The notes beneath the pieces were generated by a model that worked only from the letters and a program-made list of their open reading frames with translations, had not been told where the DNA came from and did not search any database. Shown one piece after another: positions 54,401 to 64,000 of a stretch of 64,000 nt of DNA. Made by a program: the position numbers and the translations under genes. Position 1 is the stretch's first letter. Each line of letters starts with the position of its first letter. Source of the stretch: Eledone cirrhosa (Eukaryota); the NCBI GenBank assembly GCA_964016885.1, contig CAXHJY010001441.1:62001-126000 (forward strand), written 5' to 3'.

Positions 54401-57400
54401 CACAAGTGGACACACATACAAATACAGTGAGACACTCTCACACATAGACACAAGTGGACACACATACACATACAGACAGACACTCACACACATAGACACA
54501 AGTGGACACACATACACATACAGTGAGACACTCACACACAAAGACACAAGTGGACACACATACAAATACAGTGAGACACTCACACACATAGACACAAGTG
54601 GACACACATACACATACAGTGAGACACTCACACACAAAGACACAAGTGGACACACATACAAATACAGACAGACACTCTCACACATAGACACAAGTGACAC
54701 ACATACACATACAGTGAGACACTCACACACATAGACACAAGTGTCACACATACACATACAGTGAGACACTCACACACATAGACACAAGTGGACACACATA
54801 CACATACAGACAGACACTCACACACAAAGACACAAGTGTCACACATACACATACAGTGAGACACTCACACACATAGACACAAGTGTCACACATACACATA
54901 CAGTGAGACACTCACACACAGAGACACAAGTGACACACATACACATACAGTGAGACACTCACACACATAGACACAAGTGTCACACATACACATACAGTGA
55001 GGCACTCACACACATAGACACAAGTGACACACATACACATACAGACAGACACTCTCACACATAGACACAAGTGGACACACATACACATACAGTGAGATAC
55101 TCACACACATAGACACAAGTGGACACACATACACATACAGTGAGACACTCACACACATAGACACAAGTGACACACATACACATACAGTGAGACACTCACA
55201 CACATAGACACAAGTGTCACACATACACATACAGTGAGACACTCACACACATAGGCACAAGTGACACACATACACATACAGACAGACACTCACACACATA
55301 GACACAAGTGACACACATACACATACAGTGAGACACTCACACACATAGACACAAGTGGACACACATACACATACAGACAGACACTCACACACAAAGACAC
55401 AAGTGACACACATACACATACAGTGAGATACTCACACACATAGACACAAGTGGACACACATACACATACAGACAGACACTCACACACAAAGACACAAGTG
55501 GACACACATACACATACAGACAGACACTCACACACATAGACACATGTGGACACACATACACATACAGACAGACACTCACACACATAGACACAAGTGTCAC
55601 ACATACACATACAGTGAGACACTCACACACATAGACACAAGTGACACACATACACATACAGTGAGACACTCACACACATAGACACAAGAGACACACATAC
55701 ACATACAGACAGACACTCACACACATAGACACAAGTGGACACACATACACATACAGACAGACACTCACACACATAGACACAAGTGTCACACATACACATA
55801 CAGTGAGACACTCACACACATAGACACAAGTGACACACATACACATACAGTGAGACACTCACACACATAGACACAAGTGGACACACATACACATACAGTG
55901 AGACACTCACACACATAGACACAAGTGTCACACATACACATACAGTGAGACACTCACACACATAGACACAAGTGGACACATACACATACAGTGAGACACT
56001 CACACACATAGACACAAGTGTCACACATACACATACAGTGAGACACTCACACACATAGACACAAGTGGACACACATACACATACAGTGAGACACTCACAC
56101 ACATAGACACAAGTGGACACACATACACATACAGTGAGACACTCACACACATAGACACAAGTGGACACACATACACATACAGACAGACACTCACACACAT
56201 AGACACAAGTGACACACATACACATACAGTGAGATACTCACACACATAGACACAAGTGGAGACACATACACATACAGTGAGACACTCACACACATAGACA
56301 CAAGTGTCACACATACACATACAGTGTGACACTCACACACATAGACACAAGTGGACACACATACACATACAGTGAGACACTCACACACATAGACACAAGT
56401 GGACACACATACACATACAGACAGACACTCACACACATAGACACAAGTGACACACATACACATACAGTGAGATACTCACACACATAGACACAAGTGGAGA
56501 CACATACACATACAGTGAGACACTCACACACATAGACACAAGTGTCACACATACACATACAGTGAGACACTCACACACATAGACACAAGTGTCACACATA
56601 CACATACAGTGAGACACTCACACACATAGACACAAGTGGACACACATACACATACAGTGAGACACTCACACACATAGACACAAGTGTCACACATACACAT
56701 ACAGTGAGACACTCACACACATAGACACAAGTGGACACACATACACATACAGTGAGACACTCACACACATAGACACAAGTGGACACACATACACATACAG
56801 TGAGACACTCACACACAAAGACACAAGTGGACACACATACACATACAGTGAGACACTCACACACATAGACACAAGTGGACACACATACACATACAGTGAG
56901 ACACTCACACACAAAGACACAAGTGGACACACATACACATACAGTGAGACACTCACTCACAAAGACACAAGTGGACACACATACACATACAGACAGACAC
57001 TCACACACATAGACACCAGTGGACACACATACACATACAGTGAGACACTCACACACATAGACACAAGTGACACACATACACATACAGTGAGATACTCACA
57101 CACATAGACACAAGTGGAGACACATACACATACAGACAGACACTCACACACACAGACAGAAGTGGACACACTTACACATACAGTGAGACACTCACACACA
57201 TAGACACAAGTGTCACACATACACATACAGATAGACACTCACACACACAGACAGAAGTGGACACACTTACACATACAGTGAGACACTCACACACATAGAC
57301 ACAAGTGACACACATACACATACAGTGAGACACTCACACACAAAGACAGAAGTGGACACACATACACATACAGTGAGACACTCACACACAAAGACACAAG

Positions 57401-60400
57401 TGGACACACATACACATACAGACAGACACTCACACACATAGACACAAGTGACACACATACACATACAGTGAGACACTCACACACATAGACACAAGTTGAC
57501 ACACATACACATACAGTGAGACACTTACACACAAAGACACAAGTGGACACACATACAAATACAGACAGACACTCACACACATAGACACAACTGGACACAC
57601 ATACACATACAGTGAGGCACTCACACACATAGACACAAGTGGACACACATACACATACAGTGAGACACTCACACACAAAGACACAAGTGGACACACATAC
57701 AAATACAGACAGACACTCTCACACATAGACACAAGTGACACACATACACATACAGTGAGACACTCACACACATAGACACAAGTGTCACACATACACATAC
57801 AGTGAGACACTCACACACATAGACACAAGTGGACACACATACACATACAGACAGACACTCACACACAAAGACACAAGTGTCACACATACACATACAGTGA
57901 GACACTCACACACATAGACACAAGTGTCACACATACACATACAGTGAGGCACTCACACACAGAGACACAAGTGACACACATACACATACAGTGAGACACT
58001 AACACACATAGACACAAGTGTCACACATACACATACAGTGAGATACTCACACACATAGACACAAGTGGACACACATACACATACAGTGTGACACTCACAC
58101 ACACAGACACACGTGGACACACATACACATACAGTGAGACACTCACACACATAGACACAAGTGGACACACATACACATACAGACAGACACTCACACACAT
58201 AGACACAAGTGGACACACATACACATACAGACAGACACTCACACACATAGACACAAGTGGACACACATACACATACAGACAGACACTCACACACATAGAC
58301 ACAAGTGGACACACATACACATACAGTGAGACACTCACACACATAGACACAAGTGTCACACATACACATACAGTGAGACACTCACACACATAGACACAAG
58401 TGGATACACATACACATACAGTGAGATACTCACACACATAGACACAAGTGGACACAGATACACATACAGACAGACACTCACACACATAGACACAAGTGGA
58501 CACACATACACATACAGTGAGACACTCTCACACATAGACACGAGTGGACAGACATACACATACAGTGAGACACTCACACACATAGACACAAGTGACACAC
58601 ATACACATACAGTGAGACACTCACACACATAGACAGAAGTGGACACACATACACATACAGTGAGACACTCACACACATAGACACAAGTGACACACATACA
58701 CATACAGTGAGGCACTCACACACATAGACAGAAGTGGACACACATACACATACAGTGAGACACTCACACACATAGACAGAAGTGGACACACATACACATA
58801 CAGTGAGACGCTCACACACATAGACACAAGTGGACACACATACACATACAGACAGACACTCACACACATAGACACAGGTGGACACACATACACATACAGT
58901 GAGACACTCACACACATAGACACAAGTGACACACATACACATACAGTGAGACACTCACACACATAGACAGAAGTGGACACACATACACATACAGTGAGAC
59001 ACTCACACACATAGACAGAAGTGGACACACATACACATACAGTGAGACGCTCACACACATAGACACAAGTGACACACATACACATACAGTGAGACACTCA
59101 CACACATAGACACAAGTGACACACATACACATACAGACAGACACTCACACACATAGACACAAGTGGACACACATACACATACAGACAGACACTCACACAC
59201 ATAGACACAAGTGTCACACATACACATACAGTGAGACACTCACACACATATACACAAGTGACACACATACACATACATACAGACACTCACACACATAGAC
59301 ACAAGTGACACACATACACATACAGTGTGACACTCACACACATAGACACAAGTGGACACACATACACATACAGTGAGACACTCACACACATAGACACAAG
59401 TGGACACACATACACATACAGTGAGACGCTCACACACATAGACACAAGTGATACACATACACATACAGTGAGATACTCACACACATAGACACAAGTGGAG
59501 ACACATACACATACAGTGAGACACTCACACACATAGACACAAGTGGACACACATACACATACAGTGAGATACTCACACACATAGACACAAGTGTCACACA
59601 TACACATACAGACAGACACTCACACACATAGACACAAGTGTCACACATACACATACAGTGAGACACTCACACACATAGACACAAGTGTCACACATACACA
59701 TACATACAGACACTCACACACATAGACACAAGTGGACACACATACACATACAGACAGACACTCACACACATAGACACAAGTGGACACACATACACATACA
59801 GACAGACACTCACACACATAGACAGAAGTGGACACACTTACACATACAGACAGACACTCACACACAAAGACACAAGTGGACACACATACACATACAGTGA
59901 GACACTCACACACAAAGACACAAGTGGACACACATACACATACAGTGAGACACTCACACACATAGACACAAGTGGACACACATACACATACAGTGAGACA
60001 CTCACACACAAAGACACAAGTGGACACACATACACATACAGTGAGACACTCACTCACAAAGACACAAGTGGACACACATACACATACAGACAGACACTCA
60101 CACACATAGACACAAGTGGACACACATACACATACAGTGAGACACTCACACACATAGACACAGGTGACACACATACACATACAGTGAGATACTCACACAC
60201 ATAGACACAAGTGGAGACACATACACATACAGACAGACACTCACACACACAGACAGAAGTGGACACACTTACACATACAGTGAGACACTCACACACATAG
60301 ACACAAGTGTCACACATACACATACAGTGAGACACTCACACACATAGACACAAGTGGACACATACACATACAGTGAGACACTCACACACATATACACAAG

Positions 60401-63400
60401 TGACACATATACACATACATACAGACACTCACACACATAGACACAAGTGACACACATACACATACAGTGTGACACTCACACACATAGACACAAGTGGACA
60501 CACATACACATACAGTGAGACACTCACACACATAGACACAAGTGGACACACATACACATACAGTGAGACACTCACACACATAGACACAAGTGACACACAT
60601 ACACATACAGTGAGATACTCACACACATAGACACAAGTGGAGACACATACACATACAGTGAGACACTCACACACATAGACACAAGTGTCACACATACACA
60701 TACAGTGAGACACTCACACACATAGACACAAGTGTCACACATACACATACAGTGAGACACTCACACACATAGACACAAGTGGACACACATACACATACAG
60801 TGAGACACTCACACACATAGACACAAGTGGACACACATACACATACAGTGAGATACTCACACACATAGACACAAGTGTCACACATACACATACAGACAGA
60901 CACTCACACACATAAACACAAGTGTCACACATACACATACAGACAGACACTCACACACATAGACAGAAGTGGACACACTTACACATACAGACAGACACTC
61001 ACACACAAAGACACAAGTGGACACACATACACATACAGTGAGACACTCACACACAAAGACACAAGTGGACACACATACACATACAGTGAGACACTCACAC
61101 ACATAGACACAAGTGGACACACATACACATACAGTGAGACACATAGACTCAAAGACACAAGTGGACACACATACACATACAGTGAGACACTCACTCACAA
61201 AGACACAAGTGGACACACATACACATACAGACAGACACTCACACACATAGACACAAGTGGACACACATACACATACAGTGAGACACTCACACACATAGAC
61301 ACAAGTGACACACATACACATACAGTGAGACACTCACACACATAGACACAAGTGGACACACATACACATACAGACAGACACTCACACACAAAGACACAAG
61401 TGTCACACATACACATACAGTGAGACACTCACACACATAGACACAAGTGTCACACATACACATACAGTGAGACACTCACACACAGAGACACAAGTGACAC
61501 ACATACACATACAGTGAGACACTAACACACATAGACACAAGTGTCACACATACACATACAGTGAGATACTCACACACATAGACACAAGTGGACACACATA
61601 CACATACAGTGTGACACTCACACACATAGACACAAGTGGACACACATACACATACAGTGAGACACTCACACACATAGACACAAGTGTCACACATACACAT
61701 ACAGTGAGACACTCACACACATAGACACGAGTGGATACACATACACATACAGTGAGATACTCACACACATAGACACAAGTGGACACAGATACACATACAG
61801 ACAGACACTCACACACATAGACACAAGTGGACACACATACACATACAGACAGACACTCTCACACATAGACACAAGTGGACACACATACACATACAGTGAG
61901 ACACTCTCACACATAGACACAAGTGGACAGACATACACATACAGTGAGACACTCACACACATAGACACAAGTGACACACATACACATACAGTGAGACACT
62001 CACACACATAGACAGAAGTGGACACACATACACATACAGTGAGACACTCACACACATAGACACAAGTGACACACATACACATACAGTGAGGCACTCACAC
62101 ACATAGACAGAAGTGGACACACATACACATACAGTGAGACACTCACACACATAGACAGAAGTGGACACACATACACATACAGTGAGACGCTCACACACAT
62201 AGACACAAGTGACACACATACACATACAGTGAGACACTCACACACATAGACAGAAGTGGACACACATACACATACAGTGAGACACTCACACACATAGACA
62301 GAAGTGGACACACATACACATACAGTGAGACGCTCACACACATAGACACAAGTGACACACATACACATACAGTGAGACACTCACACACATAGACACAAGT
62401 GACACACATACACATACAGACAGACACTCACACACATAGACACAAGTGGACACACATACACATACAGACAGACACTCACACACATAGACACAAGTGTCAC
62501 ACATACACATACAGTGAGACACTCACACACATATACACAAGTGACACACATACACATACATACAGACACTCACACACATAGACACAAGTGACACACATAC
62601 ACATACAGTGTGACACTCACACACATAGACACAAGTGGACACACATACACATACAGTGAGACACTCACACACATAGACACAAGTGGACACACATACACAT
62701 ACAGTGAGACACTCACACACATAGACACAAGTGACACACATACACATACAGTGAGATACTCACACACATAGACACAAGTGGAGACACATACACATACAGT
62801 GAGACACTCACACACATAGACACAAGTGGACACACATACACATACAGTGAGACACTCACACACATAGACACAAGTGGACACACATACACATACAGACAGA
62901 CACTCACACACATAGACACAAGTGGACACACATACACATACAGTGAGATACTCACACACATAGACACAAGTGGACACACATACACATACAGTGAGATACT
63001 CACACACATAGACACAAGTGGACACACATACACATACAGTGAGACACTCACACACATAGACACAAGTGTCACACATACACATACAGACAGACACTCACAC
63101 ACATAGACACAAGTGTCACACATACACATACAGTGAGACACTCACACACATAGACACAAGTGGACACACATACACATACAGTGAGACACTCACACACATA
63201 GACACAAGTGTCACACATACACATACAGTGAGACACTCACACACATAGACACAAGTGACACACATACACATACAGTGAGATACTCACACACATAGACACA
63301 AGTGGAGACACATACACATACAGACAGACACTCACACACACAGACAGAAGTGGACACACTTACACATACAGTGAGACACTCACACACATAGACACAAGTG

Positions 63401-64000
63401 TCACACATACACATACAGACAGACACTCACACACATAGACAGAAGTGGACACACTTACACATACAGTGAGACACTCACACACAAAGACACAAGTGGACAC
63501 ACATAAACATACAGTGAGACACTCACACACAAAGACACAAGTGGACACACATACACATACAGACAGACACTCACACACATAGACACAAGTGACACACATA
63601 CACATACAGTGAGACACTCACACACATAGACACAAGTGGACACACATACACATACAGTGAGACACTCACACACAAAGACACAAGTGGACACACATACAAA
63701 TACAGACAGACACTCACACACATAGACACAAGTGGACACACATACACATACAGTGAGACACTCACACACAAAGACACAAGTGGACACACATACAAATACA
63801 GACAGACACTCTCACACATAGACACAAGTGACACACATATACATACAGTGAGACACTCACACACATAGACACAAGTGTCACACATACACATACAGTGAGA
63901 CACTCACACACATAGACACAAGTGGACACACATACACATACAGACAGACACTCACACACAAAGACACAAGTGTCACACATACACATACAGTGAGACACTC
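39002..64000 (+). repeat. Giant higher-order unit, copy 2 (truncated by window end; lacks one 2,567-bp block)
   Basis: Matches 1963-25690 at offset 37,039, then 28258-29528 at offset 34,472 (= 37,039 - 2,567), e.g. ORFs 28098/62570, 28888/63360, 29290/63762. Confidence 0.93.
46956..51929 (+). repeat. The same 2,806-bp-offset duplication inside giant copy 2
   Basis: ORFs 47009/49815, 47909/50715, 48787/51593; ATGGCCAT at 47271 and 50077. Confidence 0.9.

Larger units (their letters stand above)
1..64000 (+). repeat. Tandem satellite/minisatellite array of 47-48 bp CA-rich monomers, consensus AGACACAAGTGGACACACATACACATACAGTGAGACACTCACACACAT; about 1,350 copies; runs off both window ends
   Basis: The AGACACAAGTG anchor recurs every 47-48 bp (1, 49, 97...) throughout, with no unique sequence or inversion seen. 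Consensus composition A21 C14 G7 T6. Common variable sites: AAGTGGAC/AAGTGAC/AAGTGTC, CAGTGAGAC/CAGACAGAC, CATAGAC/CAAAGAC, GAGACAC/GAGATAC, GACACAAG/GACAGAAG. Confidence 0.99.

Noticed and set aside
135-63998. Hundreds of Cys/Val-rich (minus strand) and His/Thr-rich (plus strand) ORFs of 60-199 aa, superficially like metallothionein, keratin-associated or zinc-finger-linker proteins
   Set aside because: 48 bp is 16 codons and three of the six frames of the consensus have no stop, so ORFs arise automatically. Frequent 47-bp monomers shift frame, ORFs overlap in several frames, and there is no unique coding sequence or frame preservation.
1-64000. CRISPR array (regular period, hairpin-containing repeat)
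   Set aside because: No unique spacers, leader or cas genes; the entire period is repeated.
1-64000. Telomerase-type telomeric repeat (TG-rich minus strand)
   Set aside because: The 47-48 bp unit has no G-runs, and its variants are inherited in kb-scale duplicated blocks, which fits recombinational amplification rather than templated addition.
1-64000. Simple (CA)n microsatellite or sequencing noise
   Set aside because: Pure CA runs are only about 3-5 units, and rare variants are reproduced exactly at fixed kb-scale offsets, which random error would not produce.
1-64000. Inverted blocks, transposon insertions, tRNA/rRNA or G-quadruplex motifs
   Set aside because: No switch to a TG-rich plus strand, no non-satellite sequence and no repeated G3 or C3 runs were seen on reading through the window.

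Overview
The whole 64 kb window is one uninterrupted, head-to-tail, single-orientation CA-rich satellite (minisatellite-like) array, most likely eukaryotic, though no host can be identified from the sequence. The consensus monomer is 48 bp (AGACACAAGTGGACACACATACACATACAGTGAGACACTCACACACAT), interspersed with two common 47-bp types (AAGTGAC, AAGTGTC), about 1,350 monomers in total. I found no credible genes, RNA genes, transposons or CRISPR arrays; every ORF in the track is a by-product of the 48-bp period. The real content is the architecture, read from rare variant monomers: (i) a near-identical giant tandem duplication at offset 37,039 bp (1963 onward repeated from 39002 to the window end); (ii) a 2,567-bp tandem duplication present only in the first giant copy; (iii) a ~2.17-kb duplication at offset 2,806 bp present in both; (iv) an older duplication at ~5.95-5.98 kb offset; (v) a decayed ~2-3.5 kb higher-order order of variant blocks. 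Each monomer has two related halves and a GTGAG-ACA-CTCAC hairpin. All comparisons were made by eye and via the ORF track, not by computed alignment.
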